The notes below the pieces were generated by a model. That model saw only the letters and a list, made by a program, of their open reading frames with translations. It was not told where the DNA came from and made no database searches. A program made the translations under genes and the position numbers. This document shows, one piece after another, positions 39,066-50,400 of a stretch of 64,000 nucleotides of DNA (its first letter is position 1; every line of letters begins with the position of its first letter). This DNA is from Rhodothermales bacterium (lineage in GTDB: Bacteria; Bacteroidota; Rhodothermia; Rhodothermales; Bin80). The DNA is taken from positions 1,672,929 through 1,736,928 of the forward strand of contig OZ244857.1 of NCBI GenBank assembly GCA_965220935.1, given 5' to 3'.

Positions 39066-40448
39066 GGGCCTCCCATTTTTTAAGTGGGTGATATTTTCAG
39101 AAATGGGTAAACGAGGGTAACAAGAATAAGGTTCGGTAAGGATTTTTATAGTAGTTTAGATTTGTTTATCTATCCTTCAACTTATCAAAAAAAGATGGCT
39201 TTAAAAATAACGGATGTGAATCATTTGATTGGTATTGCGTCACCGTGTCCGAGATTGAGCAGGAGACGAGTCGTTATGCGGCGAGGATCCATGTAGCGCT
39301 TTCGGGGGATGCGGAGTTAAGGTGTCCGGAGTGTGGGAAGGCGTGTCCGGGGTATGATCACCGAGAGCGACGCTGGCGCCATACTAATATCTGTGATTAT
39401 CGTACGGAGGTCGTCGCGAAGGTGCCCCGTGTGCAGTGTCCACAGCATGGTATGAGTACGATTTCGGTTCCTTGGGCCGATGCTCGTGTGCAATTCACGT
39501 CCAGTTTTGAGGCCTGTGTGATGGATTGGTTGCATGATGCAACCAGCATTTCAGTGATCGCGAAACGCTTAGGGGTGAGTTGGACGATGATCGCTCATAT
39601 TATGGATCGTGGAATCAAGCGTGGATTGGAGCGCAAGCCAGAGAAGATCGTGCCTCATATTTGCGTAGATGAGACAGCGTCCAAGAAGGGGCACAACTAT
39701 GTGACGATTGTATCGGATCCTGCAACGGGTACGGTGTTACATGTGTCAGAGGGGCGAACAATAGAGAGTTTATTAGAGTACTACGATAGTTGTTCACCTG
39801 AGCAAATTGCAGGGATTGAAAGTGTGAGTATGGATATGTGGCCTGCCTACATCACTGCAACAAGGATGCGTATACCCGATGCCGATTGCATTTGACCATT
39901 TTCATATCTCTAAATATGTTGGAACTGGGGTGGATGAGGTTCGCAGAGAGGAGAATCGTGCGTTAAAGAAACTGGGGATTCTGGATTTGGTAGGGACAAA
40001 GTATGATTGGCTTAAGAATCGGGCCAGCATGTCGGCCAAGCAAAAGAAGCGGTTTAACCTCTTGAAAAACAGTGCACTGAAAACAGCACGCGCTTGGGCG
40101 ATGAAAGAAGTGTTCCAGACGCTGTGGAAGTATAAACATCGCACTTGGGCGCTCAAAGCATGGAACCGTTGGTTAGGGTGGCTCTCACGCAGTCGTCTGG
40201 AGCCGATGAAAAAAGTGGCTAAAACCATTAGAAGTCATCTTTGGAGCATGATCAATGCGGTGGTTTTAGATGTGAGTAATGGGCCGGCTGAAAGCATCAA
40301 TAGTCGCATCAAAATGATCAAAATCCGTGCGCGTGGATTCAGAAATCCTGAACGATTAAAGAATGCAATTTACTTCTATCTTGGTGGACTTGATTTGTAT
40401 CCAGAAGGCACCAAAAATCGGCCAACCCACTCTTAAAACGGGAGGCCC
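39066..40448 (+). mobile_element. ISL3-family insertion sequence, copy 1 (degenerate)
   Basis: Imperfect terminal IRs are gggcctcccattttttaagtgggt (left) and the reverse complement of acccactcttaaaacgggaggccc (right). It is about 98-99% identical to copy 2. The flanks ttattaat and gatttaat are not a clean 8-bp duplication. Confidence 0.85.
39195..40436 (+). pseudogene. ISL3-family transposase in three pieces
   Basis: zf-ISL3 CPECGKAC...; DDE_Tnp_ISL3 (CVDETASKKGHNYVTIVSD, MDMWPAYI, FDHFHISKY). Relative to copy 2, a 7-nt net deletion at ~39246 shifts the N-terminus. The shared frame break is at 39879..39895 (RIPDADCI* / MPIAFDHFH). Confidence 0.85.
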
Positions 40449-40735
40449 GATTTAATTAGCTCATTAAACTGAATACCCCTATCAGGTGGGTCACTGATTT
40501 TGAGCATTTGCTCAGGGCAGTCATGCACAGAGGTACCTTGAGGCTTGAATGTTGGATGTTTTCTTGAACGAATGCTTTTTACACTGACATACCTTTGTTG
40601 ATAAACACTTTCGTCAAGAAATGCGTGCTGTCCGAAGAAAATTTGACCGATTGAACGACAGTAATCAACAAAACACTTTGATCCTTTAAGCTGCTGTATG
40701 ATCTGAAACGATTTGCCATGTTTACCGTGTTTCAT
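40433..40735 (-). pseudogene. Remnant ORF whose 3' end runs into the ISL3 right end (possible PD-(D/E)xK-like fragment)
   Basis: The last ~5 codons and the stop lie inside the IS terminal repeat. The frame is open upstream to ~40845 without an ATG (..GRALIISSEGSHRNWIIYIEMKHGKHGKS..). No secure family assignment. Confidence 0.25.
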
Positions 40736-41214
40736 TTCAATATAAATGATCCAATTGCGATGACTACCTTCGCTGCTGATAATTAGTGCCCGTCCAGAAA
40801 AGCATCTAACAGCGCTGAATCGCCTATTCTGTATGGGTTTATAGATTCAAAATAAACGTTATTTTGTTGCGAAGATTTTGCGGCCATTTTCTAGATTACG
40901 CGTTAGAGGTACCAAAAATGGGAGTTTTCAGTATACACCCTGTCATTTGTTACCTTGAATTCACACATCTTCTTAAATCTTCAAGCGAAATGATCGGCGA
41001 TAAATGTCATATAGAATAGGAACTTCAAAGAAAATTTTCTATTTCTGGACGGACACTAGTTACAAAATCACCCCTTTTGCATTCTCCCTTAATATGTCGG
41101 AAAATACTTATTGGCGCAGGAAACATGTCAGATTTGATCGGGATTGTATCCTCAGGAGGGTTAAGGATTTTCAATTGGTAGCCTGCCGAATTTCCTTGCC
41201 CAGATTCATAGAGT

Positions 41215-41517
41215 TTAAGAAACGTCCCTGTCATACTGATTTTGTGCTACGGTTATCAGGGCTTCGTCATTGATGAGATCGTGTAGAATATCAAAGTCAG
41301 TCTCCCATATGATGGCATCATAAATCTTGTTCATTTGATTAATGGTATCATCAAAGCTATAAGCATTAATTCCTTGTTGCTTAGTGATCTCCGCCTTCTT
41401 GAGTGTCTGATAGTGGTGCGGGCGTGTCCCAATAAAAATGACACGAATTTGATTCCATATTATGAATTGGGGTGTGTCACTTTTTATTGACACGCAGAGT
41501 TGACGAATCTTCAACAA
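41215..41517 (-). CDS. Hypothetical protein or gene fragment (TTG start, no recognisable motif)
   Basis: ORF only. It lies in an 1.1-kb poorly coding stretch between ISL3 copy 1 and menD. Confidence 0.25.
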   Translation of the reverse strand: MLKIRQLCVSIKSDTPQFIIWNQIRVIFIGTRPHHYQTLKKAEITKQQGINAYSFDDTINQMNKIYDAIIWETDFDILHDLINDEALITVAQNQYDRDVS

Positions 41518-41553
41518 TTATATAATGATTCAATCACTTACTAAGAGTTAAAA

Positions 41554-43263
41554 TTAGGGTGCAGTTGATTCTGTTACGTGGTTGAAGAGAGTTTGATGGA
41601 ACAGTGCATTTTGAACCCTATCCGTTTGAACTTCTATAATAGATGGTCCTGATGTGGTAATGGACGACCTGATTGATTCCCGAAACTCAATACATGAGCT
41701 CACTGCTGAATAAGGAATGTGGAATTGCTCGGCAGCATTTTGAAAATTCAGTCCATGAGGAGTTCCCAGAACTTTTTCAAATGCCTCGCTCTCCAAAGCT
41801 ATTGGGAGCATATTAAATATTCCTCCGCCATTATTATTGATTACAATGATGGTGACGTTGCACTCTTTCAATAATGTTAGGGAGTTAATATCATGTAACA
41901 TAGCAAGATCTCCTAAAAGTACAATACCCTGTCTAGAATCAGAATGAGCAATTCCAGCAACTGTGCTTAATGTGCCATCAATGCCACTCGCTCCACGATT
42001 AGCATAAACTTGTATATCAGAACGCTCTCTCCTATTTAAGAATGTCTGCAAATCTCTGATCGGCATGCTATTCGCACCAAAAATCCATCCTATCTGTTTG
42101 AGTAAATCGGATAGTAGCCATGCCACACATGGCTCTGAAATTTCCTTACCTAGTTCTGTGGAAAGGACACTTGATACATGTTGATCCGCTTGATACCAGT
42201 GATCCAACCATGATTTATTCGTCATTTTTTCGGATACATCATTGATGACTCCACTGCAAAATTCAGTAATTGATGCCTGTATACGGTCCGTGACTACATG
42301 AAAAGGATCAATGCGAATAGGTGCAGGCGAAATTATTGCATAAGTATCCGCTGAAGCATTCACTAAATACTTTTGCAATTCCTTAGAAACAGATGGAAGT
42401 CCAAAGTGCAAAATGACGTCTGGAGAATATCTTTGGCAAAACGTAGGGATACGAACGATTAAGTCAAAAAAATTTATAAAATTTTCAACTGAACCTACGG
42501 GAGCACAAATATCTGCCAGAAGAGGCCAACCTAAGTGTTGAGCCAAGTCTGCAATAGCCTTTCCATCTTCTTGTGTGCGTAATCTCCCAGCGATGATCAG
42601 CCCACGCTGCGCATTCAAAATAGTCTCACTCAGGTTTTCAATAGAGTATGATCTGCTTACCTGTACATTGTAGGAGGTTTGTGGGCGTTTTGTAGGTGTC
42701 CATGAAATCGATGGAATTGATTGGTGTTTATCGTCCATTTCTATCAATGGCTCTCTGAACATGCAATTCAGATGTACAGGACCATTGCGTGATTGATAGA
42801 CAGCATAATCAATGGTAGAGCGTACGGATGATTCTTGACAATTGCTATCTGGAGCAGGCAGATCCGCAAACCATCTTGGATAACGGCCAAAGATGTGAAT
42901 TTGATCAATCGTTTGATTAGACGCAGTGTCACGAAGATCTGATGGTCGATCGGCTGTAAGGCATATCATGGGCACATTATCCATTGAAGATTCAACCACG
43001 GCAGGCATGCCATTAGCAACTGCGGTGCCTGAAGTCGTGATCCACACACATGGCTTATGCGTAGTGCGGCCATAACCAAGTGCAAAAAATGCACTTCCAC
43101 GCTCATCAAAATGAACGGTTACATGGGCGGCTGGGTGACTAATGGCTGCCAGTGATAAGGGTGCACTCCGAAACCCTGGCGCGATGATAAATTCATCAAT
43201 ACCACAACGGATGAACTCGTCAATGATCAAGCGTGCTCGCTCGGCATTCGCTTGAATCATCAT
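41554..43263 (-). CDS. menD: 2-succinyl-5-enolpyruvyl-6-hydroxy-3-cyclohexene-1-carboxylate (SEPHCHC) synthase
   Basis: 569 aa with the ThDP motif GDLAMLHDINSL...INNNGGGIF. It overlaps menF by 4 nt. Confidence 0.9.
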   Translation of the reverse strand: MMIQANAERARLIIDEFIRCGIDEFIIAPGFRSAPLSLAAISHPAAHVTVHFDERGSAFFALGYGRTTHKPCVWITTSGTAVANGMPAVVESSMDNVPMICLTADRPSDLRDTASNQTIDQIHIFGRYPRWFADLPAPDSNCQESSVRSTIDYAVYQSRNGPVHLNCMFREPLIEMDDKHQSIPSISWTPTKRPQTSYNVQVSRSYSIENLSETILNAQRGLIIAGRLRTQEDGKAIADLAQHLGWPLLADICAPVGSVENFINFFDLIVRIPTFCQRYSPDVILHFGLPSVSKELQKYLVNASADTYAIISPAPIRIDPFHVVTDRIQASITEFCSGVINDVSEKMTNKSWLDHWYQADQHVSSVLSTELGKEISEPCVAWLLSDLLKQIGWIFGANSMPIRDLQTFLNRRERSDIQVYANRGASGIDGTLSTVAGIAHSDSRQGIVLLGDLAMLHDINSLTLLKECNVTIIVINNNGGGIFNMLPIALESEAFEKVLGTPHGLNFQNAAEQFHIPYSAVSSCIEFRESIRSSITTSGPSIIEVQTDRVQNALFHQTLFNHVTESTAP

Positions 43264-44654
43264 TCTTTACATCCCGGGTGACGTGAAGATGTGTTCAATT
43301 TAAGAAAATCTTCAAGGTCACCAATCTTGTGCCCAACCTCATTCCACTCATCTATTGGCGTTGAGCCCCGAACAATTCCAGCCCCAGAGTAGAGTCGAAG
43401 AATAGATCCTGACACTAATGCAGATCGTATGGCGACGGCGAATTCTGCTTCATTTACTCCGATCCAGCCAATTGGACCCGCATACCAACCCCTATCAAAT
43501 GCCTCATTGTCTTGAATAAACTTCAAAGCAAGGTCTGATGGATACCCTCCAACGGCGGGCGTCGGATGCAATGCTTCTAACACATCAAGACTTGTATACT
43601 CCTGTTTCATGATTGCGCGTAACCTAGAAACGAGGTGTCTTTCAGAGGCCAAACGCATAATTGAAGGGAGTGTATCCATGGTAACATGAGCAGCCAGTAA
43701 TGAAACCTCTTCCTGAAGACTCATCCGTACAAATTCATGTTCTCTCTGCTCTTTCGCACTTCTGACTAATTCGTCAATCATTCTTTCATCGTCAATATCG
43801 GATTCTCCACGAGGGCATGTTCCTGCGACTGCTTCGCTTTCAATTGATCGCCCCTCTCGTCTGAACAACCTTTCTGGAGAGCCTCCTATAAATGCTCCAT
43901 CTGAAGTTGGTTCAAAAAGAAAATGAAAACAGTTGATATTGATTTTTTTTAGATAACGAATCAATGCGATTGGATTCAAATCTTCAGTCACTCTTACAGC
44001 TGCCTCTCTTGCTAGAACCACTTTATCTAGTGGCGTTGATATGAATTGATTAAGTGCATACTGAACGGCCTCAGACCATTTTTGGTAATCTGGACGAAAG
44101 GTATGGTCAAGAGCGGTCAGTCGTTGCCCAGAGTCTCGTGAGTTGCAAGACAGATTATCGATCTGTTTGATGATGGAATCTAATTGATGTAGATCGTCTG
44201 GGAAGACAAGATTACAAACGAGAAGGGTCGAATGAGATTTTTTCTGAAGTTCAAATCTGGGTAGAACGAATCTCCACGAACCGAATGAAGTCCAATGCTT
44301 TTCAATTGGTGCATCAAGGTCAAATCGAATCCCACCATAATATCTGATACCTTGATTGCAATCTGAAAGTCTATCCATAAGATTTGTGCGCAACTCTTTC
44401 AGGTCAGTCGACTGAGACGAGTAATGGTAATCTGCCTCTCCAATTGCCGCAACCTCAATTCCATAATCTCTACCAGACCAGTAAATTCGCCGACCGGCGG
44501 GTTGACCAGCGAGCCAATCCAATGGATCTACTCCTTCAACTTGAACAGACAGTTTGACAATCTGTGTTTTCGGTAAGATGGACTGATCCTTAAATTGATG
44601 AATGATGGCATGTTTTAATTCATGAACAGAATCAACATATCTGTGACTAATCAT
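43260..44654 (-). CDS. menF: Isochorismate synthase
   Basis: 464 aa with the chorismate-binding motifs IGGSPERLF, LHPTPAVGGYP, DRGWYAGPIGW and AIRSAL. Confidence 0.9.
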   Translation of the reverse strand: MISHRYVDSVHELKHAIIHQFKDQSILPKTQIVKLSVQVEGVDPLDWLAGQPAGRRIYWSGRDYGIEVAAIGEADYHYSSQSTDLKELRTNLMDRLSDCNQGIRYYGGIRFDLDAPIEKHWTSFGSWRFVLPRFELQKKSHSTLLVCNLVFPDDLHQLDSIIKQIDNLSCNSRDSGQRLTALDHTFRPDYQKWSEAVQYALNQFISTPLDKVVLAREAAVRVTEDLNPIALIRYLKKININCFHFLFEPTSDGAFIGGSPERLFRREGRSIESEAVAGTCPRGESDIDDERMIDELVRSAKEQREHEFVRMSLQEEVSLLAAHVTMDTLPSIMRLASERHLVSRLRAIMKQEYTSLDVLEALHPTPAVGGYPSDLALKFIQDNEAFDRGWYAGPIGWIGVNEAEFAVAIRSALVSGSILRLYSGAGIVRGSTPIDEWNEVGHKIGDLEDFLKLNTSSRHPGCKE

Positions 44655-45310
44655 GAACTATTCTCGCCTCCCATTTGCTTTTTCCTCAACACATCTTGAA
44701 CAATACTCTGCTCAATATCCCGAAAATCTGATAGCGTAATTCCTTGACGCAATGCACCACGAATGATGAATGACCTTAAGATGTGGTCAGGAACTGGAAG
44801 TCTGTACATTGCATTCCAACACCTACTTACAACTGGGCGAATTAAATAGATCAAAACGCCCCACCGTAGAAGTACAAAGCCAATCAAGCCTACAGAGACA
44901 GCATGATATTTTCCCGACATTGCTAACAGAGACATGGTCGTTGCATAGAGTAATGCTTGTAGCAATACAGCATCAAATATCCTAAGGATTAGAGAAAAAT
45001 TGCAACTGACCAAAGACGGGGCAATGATTTGCCAAATCATAAAAAATATCACCACAGTTATGGCAACCTGCCATGGATTGAAATACATGACTCCAATAGC
45101 CAGAATCCAGAGTGACAAGGTATGCGGTGATCGTAGCCAAGTATCCGCGAGTGCTAATTGGACTTCAATCGGCTCCCGCTCAAAAAGCTCAGCGGCATAT
45201 TCATTGAGATGGTCAACTGTGGTTTTATACCAGATACCTGATTCGGTCAAGATGCCCTGAGGAGTGTTGTGATACTTAACTGCGCTCTTTGGCCAAAGCG
45301 GCCATCTCAT
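44651..45310 (-). CDS. Hypothetical polytopic membrane protein, translationally coupled to menF (ATGA overlap)
   Basis: 219 aa with several hydrophobic helices (LSLWILAIGVMYF, VAITVVIFFMIWQII, LLQALLYATTMSLLAM, VGLIGFVLLRWGVLIYLI). Confidence 0.5.
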   Translation of the reverse strand: MRWPLWPKSAVKYHNTPQGILTESGIWYKTTVDHLNEYAAELFEREPIEVQLALADTWLRSPHTLSLWILAIGVMYFNPWQVAITVVIFFMIWQIIAPSLVSCNFSLILRIFDAVLLQALLYATTMSLLAMSGKYHAVSVGLIGFVLLRWGVLIYLIRPVVSRCWNAMYRLPVPDHILRSFIIRGALRQGITLSDFRDIEQSIVQDVLRKKQMGGENSS

Positions 45311-45370
45311 ATTACAAGAATTTTGTCAAGTTTGAACCTGATCTCTGTAAGATTGTTGCGATTAGTAGCA

Positions 45371-46411
45371 TCATTGTGATCCGATGTTGATAAAATATCT
45401 CAGTTGACTCGGAGAAATCGTCACCTGACGCAACATTAAATCAGAGGGAAATTCAACCGTAGGTTGTATTCGCCCCGTGGTATCAGCATAGATTTGGCCA
45501 TAGGAAACCAGCGCACGAATAAGGTCTGTTTGCTGTGTCTCAGAAAATTTTGATAGAGGTACCTGATACGTAATCGTCACCGATTCAGGTTCTAATTGAA
45601 CAATACTTTGGGCATTAGGAATTCCGATAATCTCGACTTTGACCTGCTGCTTTTGCCCTTCGGTATATTGAGGCGCAACTGCTGTCAGCATCGTTCTTTT
45701 ATGAGACAAAATCACCAATCCACTAAGAGAATCACTTAATTCCACATAATGGTATATCGTATCATTGACGCCAAATAAAGTATCAATTTCCGTAGCCCAT
45801 GAGTAAATTTGACGAACCATTGACGCTGGTCCAGATATCTGGATGCTATCAGGATCAAGTTGGGGTGTACCTATGAAGAAATGTGGTGGACGAGAGATTT
45901 GAGTCACTCGTGACTCAATTGGAATCCGGCGCTCTACTCTCACCTCTTTTTGAACATCAATTCTTTCAGGAACGATAGATTCAATGGACACTCGCTCTGG
46001 AAGACCAAGGAGTAGTTGCGTATCAAGAGTACTTATTTCGGAATTAATTGTAATCGGATTCCCCCAATACCTCACCCATAATTGTTCCCAGATGAGGCTA
46101 TATCCAGGGCCATATAATGTCGTTCGGATGGCCTCTGGCAGAGGGTGAGTGAGCGCTGAGTCCTCATCTAATCCTATAACGCAGGATGACGATATTTCCT
46201 CGCCTTCCAGGTCACACATAGGATAGTCTACAGATAGGTAGTAATTCTCGTATAGGCTAAGAATAAACCAGATAAGAACGGACGCAGACAAACTGAAAAT
46301 CATAGTACGGCGGCGAATCCCAGAGGGCTTTGATGGTTCATTGAGCTTCGCTTGTTCACCCAAAATAACCCATCTCACATCACGCCATAACTTCTCTAAT
46401 CTATCAATCAT
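45371..46411 (-). CDS. Membrane-anchored protein with YbbR-like repeats (tentative)
   Basis: 346 aa with one N-terminal TM helix (MIFSLSASVLIWFILSL). Repeated segments of the type V.P..V.I.GP....I (PDSIQISGPASMVRQI, LEPESVTITYQVP) follow. Confidence 0.4.
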   Translation of the reverse strand: MIDRLEKLWRDVRWVILGEQAKLNEPSKPSGIRRRTMIFSLSASVLIWFILSLYENYYLSVDYPMCDLEGEEISSSCVIGLDEDSALTHPLPEAIRTTLYGPGYSLIWEQLWVRYWGNPITINSEISTLDTQLLLGLPERVSIESIVPERIDVQKEVRVERRIPIESRVTQISRPPHFFIGTPQLDPDSIQISGPASMVRQIYSWATEIDTLFGVNDTIYHYVELSDSLSGLVILSHKRTMLTAVAPQYTEGQKQQVKVEIIGIPNAQSIVQLEPESVTITYQVPLSKFSETQQTDLIRALVSYGQIYADTTGRIQPTVEFPSDLMLRQVTISPSQLRYFINIGSQ

Positions 46412-47041
46412 TGCGAATGATAATCAGTGGATATAAGCATTGATTTGCGTCAAAATGTATAACATCATCAAAATATACTAATTATGATCTATTCTCCAAC
46501 CAACTCACACTGCGTTGTGTCAATGAAAACTTCGTTGGCAACGATTAGGATTTTCAATGAATAGAGGTGGTCTACATCGTTGGGATTTGATTTTTCACAA
46601 GACTATTCAAGTTCTTCATGACTATTGAACTGATGGGCTTGACGAGAGATTTCTATCTGGCGATTCTTGTCAAGCCCAGAAGCCCAATGCCAGAGAATCA
46701 TCAGACAGGAGATGCAAATGATCATTGGTTACTAAATTTCGGACCAGAGCGGTCATTCAGGATATAAAAATCCGAGGTTTGGTTATTGTGCCAAAAATTT
46801 CAGTTGATGACTCTGTAATCATCACCCTCTGACCACACCCAACGGCGTTATGCGATGGATGCCTGTTCCTGATACGTCATGTATGATGATGCACATCTCC
46901 ATGCAGTCAGATAATCGTGCTACTATCTTTTTTGATCTTCAAATTTATGACCCAGACGAACCGAGTCATTTATCGGCGCAACCCAGTAAATCTATTCAAA
47001 ACTAAAATCGCTGGACATGTAATTTTCTGGATAATCCAAAT

Positions 47042-47290
47042 TTGCACCAAAAGCAAGGCATTACCCACTTGAACAAAGTCTTACAGTATGCTCCAATGGT
47101 TGCTACTGGTCAGGAAGCTGTAGTGCATTTAACGACTGAAGATTGGTATGTCGTTGCTGATACTCTCTTTCAGATGGATACACCCAAAGAGTTTTTGCCT
47201 GAAAGCATCAAAACTTTCCGCTTACGCGACGATCATAAAGCCATTGAGTTAGATACCGGTGAGCTACAGATCAGCATAGAGATGTTCTGA
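47042..47290 (+). CDS. Hypothetical small protein (82 aa, TTG start)
   Basis: ORF only, in a ~1-kb otherwise non-coding gap. Confidence 0.25.
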   Translation: MHQKQGITHLNKVLQYAPMVATGQEAVVHLTTEDWYVVADTLFQMDTPKEFLPESIKTFRLRDDHKAIELDTGELQISIEMF

Positions 47291-47440
47291 ATCCGACAGT
47301 CATTCAAGACTGTATAAAGAGATGACTGCTACGTAGAGCAAAGTAGTTATGTACTGTCTGATGATACCACCTAATTTATTCTGCCATTGAACAGTGAATT
47401 GTTCAGATTTTCCACATCGCCCGATAAATGGTCAGCCTCA

Positions 47441-50400
47441 TCACTGGACGCTGATAAAGTGCCCGACATAGACCGAAGATGAATGGTCTTCAAGAGAGAT
47501 CGCCCGCAATTGATAGAGATACGGCCCTGAGGGGAGTCCCAAATCGCTCAGTTCTAGTTCATGCCGCCATCCCGCGCTGAGGTGTACTTCTTGGGGCGCA
47601 GCCATGCGCCGCCCAATGATATCCAGAACCTCCACCTGCACCTGCGCAGGCCACGGCAGATCAAAGACTAAATGTGTTGACCTGTAGAATGGATTCGGAT
47701 AATTCGGATACACTTGAAACGCCTCAGGCAGCCCCGCTTCATCTTCGGTGTTGACCGGTGACACAACCTCTATGGTAAACATCAGACTGTCGCTCGCTCC
47801 ATTGGCATCGGTGGCCTTGTAGGTCAAAGAGACTGGCGGTATAACGTCTGTGGGCGTGCCACTGATCGTTCGGGCTAAGCCATCATAGCGAAGCCCAAGT
47901 GGGAGATCCAGTAGTGTTAAGGTGTAGGTAATCGGAGCTACGCCTGTGACTTCTGGAAGCACAAGTGGAGCAATGGGCTGAGCGCGGGAGTACGTCTGAT
48001 TTGGCACCGTCTCGGCAAACGACAGTTGATACACCTCAAGCGTGAAGGTTTGCTCTGTGCGCGTTCCCGCCTGATCTTGTACGCTGTAGGTATAGGTCTG
48101 AGCCGTGGCCACCTCGGAGGGCGTTCCGCTCAGCGTGCGCGTGGTCGCATCAAACATCAGTCCACTGGGGAGCTCTGGGGTTAAGGTGTAGCTGTAAGGG
48201 GCAATGCCGCCTGTGGCAACGGGAAAGACGAGGTCTTTCAGCAGCCTCTGCACGGGAACTCTCTGATCGTTGACCGTTTCGGTCAAGGTCAAGGCCTCGG
48301 CCTGAACAATCGCAATGGTAAACTGCTGCATCACTGAATGAGCACTGGCATCGGTCGCCGTGTAGGTATAGGTTTTCGGGGCCGTGACTTCGGTGGGAGT
48401 ACCACTTAAAGCCCGCGTAGACGCATTAAAGGTGAGACCCTTTGGCAACTCTGGGGTGAGCGTGTAACTGTAGGGAGGCGTTCCTTGCCGCGCGGCTGGA
48501 AGCATGAGAGCGTCAATGGCTAACCCGACATAATAGGATTGATCATCCAGCGTCTGAGCAAACGATAAGGCCACAGCATCATTATCGGTAATGGTGAGCG
48601 TAAACGCTGTGATGGATCCAAGTGTATAGGCGGTGCTACTGACCAGGGTCACGATGACGGTTTCGTCGGGTTCTTCGTCTTGGTCATCGACGATCACAAT
48701 GGGAATCTGTGCAGAGGTGCCATTGAGTGTGACCGAGGATTGAATCGTATAGTCCGAGCCCTGGGTGGCCGTCCCTGACAGGGTATAACTGAGCGTGGTC
48801 GCCGTGCTGGATGAGGCGCTGAGAGTCACGCTGATCGGATAGGTGCCCGCCGCTTCATCTACGCTGGCCGAGGCCACGGTAAAGGTGAGTGCTGGCGCAG
48901 TTGCGTCATCCTCTCCACCACCGTCGTCATCATCCCCATCTCTGTCATCACTCGCCGTGGTCGCATTAGCCACATTGGATGGCATCCCTGCACCTGCCGA
49001 GTTGATCGCACTGACCCGGTAATGCCGCGTCACACCTGCGGTCAGGCCCGTATGAGAATAGGAAGTCGTCGGATGACGCGCGACCAGCGAGCCAAATGTG
49101 GTCCCACCATCCGTGGATACTTCAATCTGGTAGCCTGTAATTCGCCCACCGCCATTACTTGATGGGGCCGTCCAGCCTAGGTTGATGATCGTTTGCCCAG
49201 AGGCGGTTGCGGTGAGCGATGTTGGCGCGCCGGGCACCGTCGGGTTTGCCGCATCCGCGGTCGTCGCCGTGGCCACATTAGATGCGGGGCCGGTATTAAC
49301 CGAGTTGATCGCACTAACGCGGTAATGCCGTGTCGTGGCTGCGGAGAGGCCGGTGTGCGCGTAAGGAGGCGTTGGGTGACTCGCTACCAGATCCGTAAAT
49401 GTGTTACCATCCGTGGATACTTCAATCTTGTATCCTGTGATTTCTGCACCACCCGTACTTGTCGGCGCTGTCCAACTCAGATTGATCGTCGTTTGCCCTG
49501 AAGCGGTGGCGTTGAGCGACGTCGGCGCACCGGGCGCCGTGGCTACAGCTGCGGTTGTGGCCATGGCCACATTGGACGGTGTACTTGTGTCCACATTATT
49601 GATGGCGCTGACCCGGTAGTGCCGCGTCGTACCTGCACTCAAGCCCGTATGAGAATAGGTCGTAGCCGTGGATTCGGTATTGTCCGCCAGATCGGTCCAC
49701 TCCGAGGTGCCATTGGGCGAGACCTCAATCTGATATCCCGTAATGCGCGTGCCACCCGTACTTTCGGGTGCTGTCCAACTCAGGTTGATGATCGTTTGTC
49801 CATCGGCCATAGCGGTCAGCGATGTCGGCGCACCGGGGGCGGTGATGGCCGGAGGGGTGCCCGTCTCGCCACGCACCACCTCGGACACAATGCCGACTGG
49901 AAAACGTCCCGTGATGGCGGTGACCCGATAATGACGCGCATCTCCTCTGGATAGTCCAGTATGTTGATAGAATGTGGCCGTGGACATGGTATTAGCCACC
50001 AGATCCGTGAAACTAGTGCCATCGGTGGATACTTCAATCTTGTATCCTATGACCAGAGAGCCTCCATGGCTCTCGGGCGGAGACCATCTCAGGTTGATGA
50101 TCGTATGCCCGCCCGGGGTTGCCGTCAGAGACTGGGGCGCCGTGGGCGCAGTCACCGTTCCTGTGATGCGGGCACGCACGATCTCAGACCGACTCCCCTC
50201 GCCCTTCGCATTGATGGCGCGTACAAAATAACGATAGGTCGAGTCCACCACTAAATCCATATGCGTATAACTTCGGATCGCCGGTCCAACGCTGGGCTGG
50301 TTATTCCATATATAATCACGCTCTCCGCTGAAATTATAATTCACCTCATAGCCCGTGATGGGAGACCCTCCGTCGTAGGGAGCGGTCCAGGTGATGGTGG

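Noticed and set aside
46635-46677. A 9-bp perfect stem GGGCTTGAC...GTCAAGCCC with a 25-nt loop in the 1-kb gap upstream of the YbbR-like gene.
   Set aside because: It is an isolated hairpin with no U-tract and no recognisable RNA-family features. It could be chance or part of a decayed gene.
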